A stretch of 64,000 bases of DNA, from NCBI GenBank assembly GCA_965240325.2, contig OZ251231.1, forward strand, positions 2,232,001-2,296,000, read 5' to 3'. Shown piece by piece: positions 42,669 through 54,624 of this stretch. The translations under genes and the position numbers were made by a program. The DNA comes from Rebecca billardiae RCC1528. Its lineage: Eukaryota > Protista > Haptophyta. Below the pieces are notes generated by a model. It made no database searches, was not told the origin of the DNA, and worked only from the letters and a program-made list of their open reading frames with translations. The first letter of the stretch is position 1. Each line of letters begins with the position of its first letter.

Positions 42669-43667
42669 ATGGCACTGGCGTCGGCGCTCGCTCGCGCACC
42701 CGGGGCTGGGTCAGCTCCCTGGGTAGCAGCACGCTCGCGGCTCTCCCAACGCAAACTTTCGGTACTCGCGCACCGGTGGGTGGGTGAGGAGCCCTCGGCA
42801 AGCTCCTCGCCGCGCCGTGTCGCCATCTTCATGCACGGGATCCTCGGCAGCAAGGCGAACTGGGCGACACCAGCAAAGAAGGTCGTGGAGAGGCACCCGG
42901 GCTGGTCGGTGCTGCTGCTCGACCACCGCGCGCACGGGCAGTCCCCGGCTGGCACGGGCGAGCACACCGTCGAGGCGTGCGCGGCCGATGTGTTTGAGAC
43001 GCTCGACGCGCTTGGAGTGCGGCCGGACGGGCGGCAGGTCGTGTGCGGCCACTCGTTCGGCGGCAAGGTGAGCCTGGCGTACGCGCAGCTGTGCATGCAG
43101 CGCGGCCTGCCCCCGCCGGCGACGACATGGATCTTCGACTCGGTCCCAGGCAACCCGGCACATGCACCCGCCGCACCCACCGAGGACGCGTGGGATGCCC
43201 TCGCCGACTCGGGCCGCGCCGAGCAGTCGGTGCCGTTTGTGCTGCGCGCCGTGACGCGCGCAGCGGCGCGCGGGTACGAGAGCCGCAAAGCGCTTGTCAC
43301 CAGCCTGCAGGAGGAGCACGGGCTCGTGCCCGCCGTGGCGCAGTGGATCGCGCAGTCCACGCGCCCGGCGGAGCCGTCCGGCGTCGAGCTGTGCTACGAC
43401 ATGGCTGCGGTCAAGGCCATGTACGACAGCTATGCGCGCAGCTGCTACTGGCACGTGCTCGAGGGCTCGGACGCCACGGTGGGCGCGGTGGTGGCCGGGC
43501 GCAACGAGGGCGCGTGGGGCTCCGAGCAGCTCGCGCGGCTCCGCGCCGCCGCGGCTGAGTCGGGCGGGCGCGTGTGCACGCACACGCTCGACGCGGGGCA
43601 CAATGTGCACGTGGATGCGCTCGGCGCGCTGCTCGACACGATAGCGCCCACGTTTGAAGATGAATAA
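42669..43667 (+). CDS. Alpha/beta hydrolase (ABHD11-like), probably organelle-targeted
   Basis: HGILGSKANW, LDHRAHGQS, nucleophile elbow GHSFGG and the C-terminal AGHNVH. Ala/Arg/Ser-rich leader. Confidence 0.9.
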   Translation: MALASALARAPGAGSAPWVAARSRLSQRKLSVLAHRWVGEEPSASSSPRRVAIFMHGILGSKANWATPAKKVVERHPGWSVLLLDHRAHGQSPAGTGEHTVEACAADVFETLDALGVRPDGRQVVCGHSFGGKVSLAYAQLCMQRGLPPPATTWIFDSVPGNPAHAPAAPTEDAWDALADSGRAEQSVPFVLRAVTRAAARGYESRKALVTSLQEEHGLVPAVAQWIAQSTRPAEPSGVELCYDMAAVKAMYDSYARSCYWHVLEGSDATVGAVVAGRNEGAWGSEQLARLRAAAAESGGRVCTHTLDAGHNVHVDALGALLDTIAPTFEDE

Positions 43668-44146
43668 TAATGAAGCGCGACGACGACGCGACGACGACTA
43701 CTACACCGCGCCGCAGATAATTACGCTATCTCTCTCTCTCTCTCGTATAGCAGAGCAGGCTTTACATCACGGTCGGCCCGGCCTGTCCGCGTTACGCGTA
43801 ATCAGTGGCCCGCTCATCATATGATCATCCGAATATATAATATGCTGCTACTATAATTATTGTTACATATATATTATAAATTCATTTAATATGTATAGCT
43901 AAAGTCGTAATACTAATAATACACGACGTAGCCGCAGTGCTATCGCGCCCAACCTCGATCAGTTTTAGACGATCACCATCACCGTGGGATAGGAACTATT
44001 ATATAAATTATAATGAGTATATATAAGTGGTGGCTCACTGCGAATGAGCGCAGCTCGCGCCGACGATCAGCGCCATCACTCTTCACTACTTGTCAACCTT
44101 GAATGACCCCAGTGGGCGGAAATGGCCATATCTCCCGGAGATTGCG

Positions 44147-44168
44147 TTTACTGACGTACGTCAGTAAA
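44147..44168. repeat. Perfect 22-bp palindrome TTTACTGACGTACGTCAGTAAA
   Basis: The sequence equals its own reverse complement. Confidence 0.9.
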
Positions 44169-46706
44169 GTTTCGTCGGGATTTTCAGCAATTTCATTGGA
44201 GGAGGGTGCCTCACTCTATTGTCCAAACTTGCATTTTCGGGATGTGAAGCTGTAAGTGTTTCGCCTTGCGGAGTAGCGCAGCCGCCAATCCGTCCAATGG
44301 GAAGCCAGCTCGGGCTTCGCTCAATGAAAAATGATCACATCGGCTCCCGCGAGCCCCGATAGGAAATAGAGCTCGCTCCGTTCCACTTCGTCGGTATCTC
44401 GCCGTCTCGTGGTGGGCGAGGGGCGGAGCTGAGTGGTTGGGTCTGCGGCGCGGACTGCGATGCTGGGCTGCTGACGTTCTCCGCGCGGGATATCTGAGGG
44501 GCACGCGAGCTGTATGTAGGGCACGCCTTGCAAACAATCTCCCCGCTGTACGTGCAGGTCATGCTAGCGTCCTCCGCGCCAAAAAAACCTGCTTGTTCTT
44601 GCGCGAGGCCCGAGTCCGCGGCACTCGGTCGCTGCTCGCCGCAAGCTGGCACGCGTCAGCGTCTACACATTCACGATTCGGTGGTCATCGTGCGCCTGAG
44701 GACGGGGGCGATCTACTGAGTGCGCTGCTAGATGAGCAGGCCCGCGTAAGGTTAGATCACCCTGCTCCTCACGCCTTGCGCGCACCTTGGGTTGCTTCCG
44801 TCACGCTTGAGGCGCTTCACGTCGCACGGGTCGGCGTAAGCTGTGTGTGTGATGCAAGCAGACGTCTTCCAAGCCTGGCTTGTACCCGATGGGAGAGCAT
44901 ACTTCTATCGCCTTCAGCCACCACCTTCTCCGGCGTTCGACGCCCACACTACATGCGACCACAGCCATACGCAGCTCGTCGGGACTCGTCTCCGTTAGCT
45001 TATCGATGTGCAAACGCCAAGGCCTGTGACACGCAGGGAAGACTGATTCGCCATGGCATTTGTGCACTGCGTGAAGTATTGACACCAGCGCACGTTCGCC
45101 AGGTAGATTTGCGGGAGCAGAGCGTGCTTTTCTGCAAGGATTCGCACACGTATCACAGAAGTTCAGCAGTCGCGGGCTCGGACTGAAGATCTCTGCACCG
45201 TCGCTTGGCCGTGAGTGACAGGAACAGGCGAGGAGCTCCCACGGTGCTGGCGCACAACATGCCGTGACAGCGGGGGGCACACACATGGCGCGTGCGCTGA
45301 CACAACCGCGCGGACGACCGGGCTAGGCGCCACTGATCGGCCGCCCTCGGGCAAGGCACCGGCGGACTTCGCGGCCGGAACGCCATCGGGACAGCCGTCC
45401 CTCGTTTCGGCCGCCAGATAGTCTTTCGCCTTCTTCAAAACTCTAAACATTGACTGGCCAAGTAACTCTGAGATTCGCAATCGTGCGGCCAAAAACGGGG
45501 CTGGGGGGCAGTCAAGGTAGTATCGTAACCACGACATATCGATATGTATACATGGCATCGGCGGTAATAAACGGCATGGCGGGCGGCCCATCATGGCGGC
45601 TGCAAGTTCAAGTTGCATGCTAGCTACGCTCGCGTTGAGTGCGTTGACGTCATGGCGGGTGTCCGAAGGCAATGCGCGGCGCGGGCGCCGAGGGGCGGAA
45701 GGGCGCGCGCTCCTGCGCCTGACAGCTGACTGCTCGAACGCGCGCGCGCTGACTGAGCCGTGAGCGCAGCGCATGCGAAACGGCTGCTAACCTGCTTGGC
45801 ACACGGCTCGACACGCCTCGGCGGCGGTCACGGTCGGGACGGAGGCTCTACCGTCTACGGGCGATGTGCAACTCATTCCCTCGGTGCGACTGCGAGGGCA
45901 CTTATCGTTGTACGGCCACGCCGCATCGGCGCATGCGGCCTGGCGCATTGCAGGCGACACTAAGCAAGCGGTCAGCCCGAGCGGTCAGGTTGACCGCTTG
46001 GGCGCTCGGACGGCCAATGTGCAATGCGTGTCTTGGCGGCGCCGAGCGCCCGAGCGGTCAGCCCGACGGATGCTGTGCGGGGCAGACCGGGGCTCGGCTG
46101 CGCCACATGCGTTGCTCGTGATCAGGAGGCTCGGCACCGGCGTCGCACCAGCCCGACGGCTGACGCTCTATCGAATTGCCAACTTGGAAATTATAATTAC
46201 GTTCCGGCTTCCCGACTGAAGGCGTCTCCCGAGTCCCGACCGCCCGGCCACCGGACGAATTAGTCCTCTTCCCGCAAGGAAATGAAGCGGTTTTATATCG
46301 GCGACCATCTTTCAGGCTGTTCACGGCTCGTCAAGAACTATGTCACGAGGCTCATCATCAGTGTCTCTTATTCTTAGTAAACTGTAGTCCTCTTTCCAGC
46401 TGTGACCCTCTTTCAAGAGGCTATCTACCCCCATAGTGATCTTCCGACGGCGCTGCCACCGGCGACGGCTTCATGGGCGGCGTCAGTTCGGCGGGCGTCG
46501 ATCTCGCCTACCTAAGCTGTGTGCGTCTCTTATTATAATAATTGTAGCCGCCGTAAACTCTTGATCACTAACAACTTGCGCCCGCGCCCGCGCCCAAAAT
46601 TTGCGCGCGACAGGCGCGACCGCGCGAGCCGCGAAGAGGCGAGTAAGGAGCCGTACGCGCACGAGGAAAGGCCCCTTCGAGCAAGGAGCGCGCACGACGC
46701 TGCACG

Positions 46707-48188
46707 ATGTTCGCTCTGGCGGTGACGACCGCCCTGGTCGCGTACGGCCAGGTCTCGACGGTGATCCCGAACACGCCCAACCGGATCTACCGCTACGAAC
46801 ACTACCCCGATGTGTGCGACCTGAGCTCCCTGCAGCTGCTGGACATCTACGTGGGAGATGATTCAGCGTGCGTTGCGTTCCAGCAGACGGGACAGTCCTT
46901 CACGTTCGGCGGCTGCCCGGCGGCCACCCCAGCGACGACTCTGTTTGGTGACCAGACGTGCTCGGCTCTGGTCGGAGGGCCCTTCCCGCTCCCGGAGAAC
47001 TCGTGCATGACGACCTCGCAGGCGAACCCGGCGACCCCGCTCAAGCAGCAGTGGCACTGCGCGTCCCGCGTGGCGGCGGACGCCCTCGTGGACCCGCACT
47101 CGAGCTCCGGCGCGTTCACGTTCGACTCGGCGTTCGTCTACTACAACCAGCCCGGATGCGCTGGCTCGCCGTCCGCGTTCCGCCTCGTCATCGCCGATCG
47201 CTGCGTGAGTGCGCCGAACGAGCTCGCGCCGAGCACTGGTTCTTCGTGGAAGCTCGGCGCGGGCGGCGCGTACGAGACTTGGAGCACTGTGGCCTGCTCC
47301 GGTGGCGCGGACTCTACGGCGCTCTACACCAACAACCAGTGCGTCAGCCTCGGCGTGGGGTCGTTCCAAGTCTACCTGCCCTGGGCATGCCCTGCCGGCT
47401 GCGAACTCACTGCTACCCTGCCGTCGATGGGCCGCCGCCAGCGGCAGCAGCGGCGGCTGCTCTTTGGCCACTTTGGCCAGGTGGAGCCGCTCACGCCGTC
47501 GCCGCCGCCGCCGCCGCCGCCGCCGGTGGTCGTCTCGATGTCCTTCGGCGGCGACGTCTCCGAGTGGACTGAGGAGAAGTCGGAGTCGCTCGTCTCGTTC
47601 GTCGCCCAGCAGCTGAGCACGGCGTGCGGCTGCGACTTTGACGAGTCGCGCATTCGCGTCGTGTCGGTGAGCGCCGGCTCCATCGCTGTCGTGATCGAGA
47701 TCACCACTCCTCCGGCTAATGACCCCAGCGCTGGCGGCGGCGGCGGCAGTGGCGGCGGTGGCGGTGGCGGCGGCGGTGGCGGAGGCTCGGTGGCCCTGCC
47801 TGACACATTGCTCGACCCGCAAGCCATCGCTGACGTGATTGCCGAGACGAACACGGAGGAGCTCACTGCGACAGTGGGCTTGCCGGTCGAGGCGCTCGAG
47901 GTGGCGATCCCGTCGCCCACGCCGGTTCCGGTGGGGACGCCCGCGCCCACGCCGGTGCCCACGCCCGCGCCCACGCCGGTGCCCACGCCCGCGCCCACGC
48001 CGGTGCCCACGCCCGCGCCCACGCCGCTCCCATCGCCGACGCCGACGCCGCTCCCTTCGCCGACGCCGACGCCGGTCCCATCGCCGACGCCGACGCCGGT
48101 CCCATCGCCGACGCCGACGCCGGTCCCATCGCCGACGCCGACGCCGACGCCGGGCTCGTGCCCAGTCGGCTGTCAGCCGACTGAGTGA
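46707..48188 (+). CDS. Secreted Cys-rich protein with a polybasic RRLLF motif, an SEA-like module and PT-rich mucin-like repeats
   Basis: Hydrophobic leader, host-like GC3 codon use, CPAGC...[24 protein letters not shown], (PTPVPTPA)n/(PSPTPTPV)n, and a terminal CPVGC. Confidence 0.8.
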   Translation: MFALAVTTALVAYGQVSTVIPNTPNRIYRYEHYPDVCDLSSLQLLDIYVGDDSACVAFQQTGQSFTFGGCPAATPATTLFGDQTCSALVGGPFPLPENSCMTTSQANPATPLKQQWHCASRVAADALVDPHSSSGAFTFDSAFVYYNQPGCAGSPSAFRLVIADRCVSAPNELAPSTGSSWKLGAGGAYETWSTVACSGGADSTALYTNNQCVSLGVGSFQVYLPWACPAGCELTATLPSMGRRQRQQRRLLFGHFGQVEPLTPSPPPPPPPPVVVSMSFGGDVSEWTEEKSESLVSFVAQQLSTACGCDFDESRIRVVSVSAGSIAVVIEITTPPANDPSAGGGGGSGGGGGGGGGGGGSVALPDTLLDPQAIADVIAETNTEELTATVGLPVEALEVAIPSPTPVPVGTPAPTPVPTPAPTPVPTPAPTPVPTPAPTPLPSPTPTPLPSPTPTPVPSPTPTPVPSPTPTPVPSPTPTPTPGSCPVGCQPTE

Positions 48189-48510
48189 AGACGAAGATGC
48201 AGGAGGGCTGTAGTCTTGGACGGCACCACGGCGACGCCGTCACGCCGTGCCGCCGTCGATCGTGAATATGCAGGTTAGGCCACCGCGTGCCCTGCGGCCT
48301 GCGGGCGGGCCAGCCTGAGCCTGGCCCTTTGCCGTGAATGTGCAGGCCATCACTCAATCAGTGGACATCACGGCCCACGGGTCGGCCCTGAATAAAAGCA
48401 GTGGTATATTACATACTTTATTCCGTAACTCTATACGTATACCGCAGTACGCGTATATATATATATATGACCGCGTTCCGCGGTCCTCTTCCGTCAGAAC
48501 CAACGTAGTT

Positions 48511-49811
48511 GGGGGCCCGCGGCGCAGCTGTGCTGTCACCCACGTTGAGCACACAATATACGCGCAGTATCCCAAGGCTCGCAGTCGTCGGGTGAGGTGG
48601 CCGCGCGGCGCGCGCGGCCGGCTGGCCGCGTGGTGGGTGGTGCGAGCATTCAGGTGGGGGCAGCAGAGCTTCGCAGGATGCTGATCCGCAGCTGCCAGAG
48701 TGTGCGCACGGCGTCTACCCGGCAACTTGGCGGCCGCTCGCGTCTGAGCGCACAGCGCGCTCCAGCCGCAGGCGCAGAGCACCGTGACTGCCATCGGGTG
48801 CCACGGTTGAACGCGTGGTCGGGCCACAGGCTACTGGTGGGCGCGCAAGCGGTGCCTAGCTGGCCCGCGGCCTCGGTGGCGTCGCGCACCACGCCTCCCG
48901 GCCCGCACCATCCTTCGGTGCTCGCACCAGACTGGCTCGACAGGGGCACCCGGGTGCGCACATGGGCCCCGGCGAGCCCGCGGCGAGGATCCGCGTTCGC
49001 GGGCGCTTGCGAGGGAATTTCGGGGGTCGGAACCGCTCGGGCGGGACAGTGCCACCTGCCCCGCGAGGCGCGCACCCGCAAATCGCGACACGACACCCCG
49101 ACTGGCCGCCGCGTGGCGGCGGCGGGCTAGGCCGTACGGTTTTGCCTCCGCGCCAAAGCAGGCAGGCGGATGCCCGAGCAGGGCGGTCGGCCGCAGGAGC
49201 CGGGCCGCCTGCGAGCTGAAGGACGAGTTGGCTCCACCTCGGCTTCACGCCGGTGGCCAGCTCGCGCTCGTGCGCCCAGCAGCCCGCCCCCGGGCGGCGG
49301 GGGTCGGCTCGGCGAGGGGCGCGAAAGGGTCGCCTTCGCGACGCCTCGTCTCCCGGATGTACAAAACGCGGGGATGACACGCGCCGCGCGCGCCCCCTCC
49401 GCTCCGACTATACGGATAGCTGCGGCGGGTATTTTTCAATGTCTCGCACTATTGGAGTTGATGGTTGGACGATTATGTCAACGGTCGTTCTTGGCATCTT
49501 GCGGCGGCGAGGCCATATTATTTTACTATGGTCACACTACATTAACGAGAGTCTACCCACAATTACCCTGCCTCGCACACTTGGGCGTGGGTTTCGTTGA
49601 TTCCTCTGTTCACTATTCAAGACGGCGGACGCGCCCTTTTTCGACGCTAATCCATGCGTAAGGAGGTCTCAAAAAATCGAAACTCGGTCTCCTCCACTCT
49701 GGAAAACACCGCCCAGTCCCTTTTTTCTTTGATCAAAGATCTTTTTGAAACGTGGTTAGGGCCCACGGAGCGGGCTCCACGCTGCGCGTTCCGCCCTGCA
49801 CCGCGGGCCAT
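48511..49811. mobile_element. Putative non-autonomous DNA element (~1.3 kb)
   Basis: TAGTT flanks both sides (48506-48510 and 49812-49816). The ends are imperfectly inverted, GGCCCGCGG(C/T)GCAG. The right ~190 bp recur inverted at 63815-64000 with the same boundary. Confidence 0.55.
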
Positions 49812-50312
49812 TAGTTCGACGTCGTATCTGACTATATACGACGTATTAGCTCGTCAGGACACTCAGACAGACTGCGCTATGTCTGCTATAGTGCTTCTGG
49901 CATACTACTCCCGGTCTCCGCCGCCCGGCATATATTGCATACACGGGGCCGCAGGCCGCTGCTGGCTGAGTGCTGCCGGGACCGCACTCCCGACTCCGCC
50001 GTGCCGAGCTGCGACGGCCACGGCGCCAGTTGCACCGCGACGCCGACTCAGGCCGCCGAGACGCCGAGTCGCCGTCCGAGTCGGACGTGCCGGCTGACGA
50101 CACCAGAGTCGCGGTCGTCGTCGCATGCAGTCTCGGTGACGGTCACGGATTCACGGTCACGGACGTACGGCCCCGCAAGGGCCGAACCGTACTCTGGGTT
50201 CAGTAACAGTCAGTGGCTTACGCTCACTCACGGCTCGAGGCCGAGTCAGAGGCCGCAGTGACGGCGATTTAAAAACCGGGGGTGATCAGACTATCCCATC
50301 CTTGGCTGTGCA

Positions 50313-50427
<115 letters not shown>

Positions 50428-50578
50428 CCGCATCCGCCATCATCGAATATAGTGATCGATCACCGAGTTCACCGACAAGTTAGTTAGTTAGCTAGACAAG
50501 TGACAAGTGACAAGAGTCATCGAGCGTGACAATAAGTGACTGAGCGTCCGAACGAATGCCGTCGTCACGATTCAGCAT

Positions 50579-53500
50579 CTAGGCTCCGCGTAGCTGCTCC
50601 GAGCCGTCGACGCGCACGTCACGCATCGGCGCGCCCGTGTCGAGCTTGCCCAGCCGCTCGAGCTGCTGCACGACCTCGGCGGGGCGCGGCCAGCGCACGA
50701 GCCGCACGTACCGGCCGAGGGCGACGGGCAGCGCGGCGCCCATCGCGATGGTCGCCGTGCCGAGCCAGTACGCCGGGTCGGCGTAGAGCGCGCCGAGCAC
50801 GCCGGCGCTGTCGTCGCCGTGCGGCACGCTCGTGTACAGCCAGAAGCCGAGGTGGAAGAGGCCGAGGCAGAGCGCGCACAGCCCGTGCGTCCAGCTGGCG
50901 GCGAACGAGGCGTGCTGCGCGTACACTGTGAGCACCTGCAGCTGCAGCGCCGCGGTGTACGCGGCGTACCCCGCGCCCTGCAGCTCGGCGCAGCTGCCCG
51001 AGGCGGGCGAGATGTACCCGACGTCGCCGAACGCGTGCAGCGCCGCGCCAAACACAAAGCACGCCTGCAGCAGCGCGCGCGCCCACCACGCGCCGATCGC
51101 GCGCGCGTGCAGCTCGCCGCCCGCCTGCGTGTGCGCGTACAGCTGCGGGCAGCGCAGCAGCGCACCCGCCGAGAGCTCGCGGTCGAAGAGCAGCGAGAAG
51201 CCCGTGAGCATGGTGAACGGCGCGTTCCACACCGTCACCGCCGCGCTCGGGAAGAGCGACGCGCCCGAGAAGCCGGTGCGCAGGTTGAAGAGCAGCTGGA
51301 TGCTCGCGAAGAAGATCGACTTGTAGAAGGTGTACAGGCAGATGGCGGCGGTGCGCTGGTGCGCGCGCGCGCCGTGCACGAGCAGCAGCCGCTGCAGGAA
51401 GCGGAAGCGGCCGAGCGTGTAGTCCGCGGCGCGCGCGGCCTGCAGCCCCTCCTTCCCCGCGATGCCCACGCCGATGTGCGCCTCCTGGATCATCGAGACG
51501 TCGTTGCCGCCGTCGCCGACCGCGAGCACGCGCATGCCGTCCTCGCCCGTGAGCTCCTTGAGCAGCCCGACCACGCGCGCCTTCTGCGAGGGCGTGGCGC
51601 GCGCGCAGATCACCGCGCTCGCGCCCAGGGCGAGCGAGCGGAAGTCGGCGCTGTTCGGCTCGCCCATCGCCAGCGAGAGCGCCGCGCCCTCCACGATCAG
51701 CGCGTACGCCGGCCCGGCGCCGTCGCTCGCGTCCGAGCGCGAGTGGCCGCCGTTGCCGTCCGCGGCCGCGGCGGCGCCGAGCCGCGCCCACGCGGTGCCG
51801 GGCGCGCGCGCGCCGTACCGGCCGGCGGCGAGGTGCCCGGCGTGCGTGCGGATCGCGCGGAGCACCTGCGTGGGCGTCTCGCCGCGCACGACGAGCACCG
51901 GCATCGGCTCGGCGAGCGTGCCCGACTCGAGCGAGGTCGCGCGCGTCGCGCCGCCCGGCGGCGGCGCGCCCGCGCGCGGCGCGGAGGGCGGCGCGGCGCC
52001 CCACGACGCGCCGCGCGACACTGCCGGCGGGGCGGGCGGCTGCGAGCCGGAGCTGGCGTGCGCGGGCGCGAAGGAGGGCGGCGCGGCGGCGCTGCTGCTC
52101 GCGCCGCCCGAGCCGCCCTTCGACAGCGCCGGCGGCGACGACGCCTGCGCGGACAGCAGCGAGGCGGACGAGGCGGCCGCTGCAGCGTACAGCCGCGCCG
52201 TGCTGAGCGCCGCGCGCTGCTGCGGCGGCGGCGGCGAGTCGAGGTCGCCGTCGACGAGCGAGGCGGTGCCGGTGGGCGAGCTGGGCTCGCGCTCGAAGGG
52301 GTCGGCGAGGTACGCGCCCTCGCTCACCAGGCTGCACGCGCGCGACACCTCCACCGCCGTCTCGCGCTTGTCCCCCGTGAGCATCCACACGCGCACGCCC
52401 GCCATCCGCAGCGCGGCGATGGTCTGCGGCACCTCGGGCTGCAGCCGGTCCTCGATCGCGGAGGCGCCCAGCAGCTCGAGCCGGCGCTCGATGGTCTCGA
52501 AGACCTCGGCGAGCTCGCCGCCGCGGTCGACGGTGGACACGCTCGCCTCGTGCAGCCGCGCCGCCCACGCCTGGTACTCGGCCTCGCCCAGCGGGCGCAT
52601 CGCCACCAGCAGCGTGCGCAGCCCCTGCCGCGCGAACCTGCGCGTGTGCCGCGCGGTGCGCGCCGCGCGCTCGTCGCGCGAGCCGTCCGCGACCGAGGCG
52701 AGGCGCGGGAGGATGACCTCGTCCGCGCCCTTGGCGAAGAGCACGAGCTGCCCCGTGCCCTCGTTCCGCGCGACGATCGCCATGCGCTTCCGCTCCGACG
52801 AGAACGGCAGCTCGTGCAGCACCGCCCAGTGCTCGAGCGAGCCGGCGCCGCCGCTCACGCACGAGAGCAGTGAGGAGCCTCGCGCGGACGTGGACGCGCG
52901 CGCGCGCGCCTTGCGCATGGCGAGCGCGGCGCGGCCGTCGGGGCGGCGCGAGACGAGCGCGACGCCGAAGTGCTGCGACGCGTCGCACAGCGCCTCCTCG
53001 TCCGGCGAGACCGACGAGTACGCGAACTCCGCCTCCGCCTCGAGCTCGGTCAGCTGCTCGGCAGACGCGGCCGACGAGCCGTCGCCGCGCTCCGTGCGGA
53101 GCGGCGTCGACGTGTTGCACAGCGCGAGGCAGCGCCAGAAGTTGAGCACGTCGAGCTGGCCCTGCTGCGTCCGCGCCGCCAGCGCCGCGTCCGCGTACAC
53201 CCCCTGCGCGCCGCACGTCGCCTCGTTCCCGTACTCCACCCCCCCAATACTCGCCCGACGAAACACCATCTCGTTCTCGGTGAGCGTGCCGGTCTTGTCG
53301 GTGAGCAGGAAGCCGATCTGGCCGAGGTCCTCGGGCACCGCGGTCGAGTTGGAGACGGCGCGCGTGTCGGTCGACTCGTCGTACATGTGCACGTCGTCCG
53401 AGATCCAGCGCGCGTACCTGCGCGCCGGCGGCGGCGAGCCAGCGCGCGCGCGCGGCGCGGCGAGCGAGCGCGCGCGTGAGGCGCGGCGAGCGAGCGCGCG

Positions 53501-54624
53501 CGTGTGGTGCGGCGAGCGAGCGCGCACGTCCAGCGCAGGATGTCCAGCGTGACGGCGAGGGAGATGGGTATCATGATGGACATGAGCAGCAGGAAGCGCA
53601 GCCCGTACACCATCCAGCGCAGCCGCGAGTCCTCCGGGCCGACGTCGAACATCAAGTAGGAGGCGCGCTCGCCCGCCGTCTCGCGCCACCGCACGCCGAG
53701 CACGCCAAACAGCAGCGTGAGCGCGAGCTGGAAGCAGAAGATGGCGACGGAGATGCGGTTGACGACGCGCTCGGCGGTGGGGTACTTGAACGGCGGCTCC
53801 TGCTTGTTGCACCCCAGCTTCGTCTGGCTGCCCGTGTACACCGCCACGCCCACCACCCACTCGCACTTGCGCACGTGCGTCGACTGCGGCAGGAACTGCT
53901 CCGAGCTCAGCCCGAGCCGCTGCACGTGCTCGGCGGTCGGGCCGGACTCGATGTTGAGCGTGGAGTCGAAGACGTAGATGTCCGCGTTCGGCGGCGCGCA
54001 CTCGACCACGCCGCGCAGCCCGCCCAGCCCGCCCAGCCCGAGTGCGTGCGTCTGCGGCAGCGCGCGCCGCAGCTTGAGGTCCGCCTCGCCGTCAATGTTG
54101 GTCGTCTGCACGTAGCACGTGCCGCGGCGCTGGCCCTCCTCGGAGGTGGCGAGGAGGACGAGGTCGCACGGCACCTCCTCGTTGCGCAGCACCCTCACCA
54201 GCTCGCCCACGCGGATGTCCGCCGAGCGCACGGTGCGCAGCTCGCCGGCCGGCGTGAAGACGTGGAACTCGCGCGCGTTGGCCGCGCGGTCACTCTCGGC
54301 GCGCTTGCGGTCGTCGAGGTGCTCCTTGAGCATGGAGACGACGGTGACGAGGATGAGCGGCCCCCACGTGCTCGCCGGGTTCACCGGCGTCAGGCTCGAG
54401 TCGAGCTGCAGGATCGCGATCAGCAGGAAGTAGCGGTTCATCGGCTTGGAGAACTGCTGCCACAGCGTCTTGATCAGGAAGTTCCATCGCGTGTACTTGG
54501 TGTTGGACACCTTGTTGTCCGGCAGCTCGAGGTCGGGCACGTTGACGCGCACGCGCCGGATCGTCTCCTGGCGCCGCGCGCCCGAGAGCCGCGGCCCCGA
54601 GAGCCTGGGAGCGCTTTGCGTCAT
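50579..54624 (-). CDS. P4-type ATPase (phospholipid flippase, ALA2-like); exons 54624-53528 and 53417-50579
   Basis: NKVSNTKY, TNIDGEAD, IPISL, EDLGQ..LTDKTGTLT, FSSERKRM, LTGDK and GDGGND. GT-AG intron 53527-53418. Confidence 0.95.
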
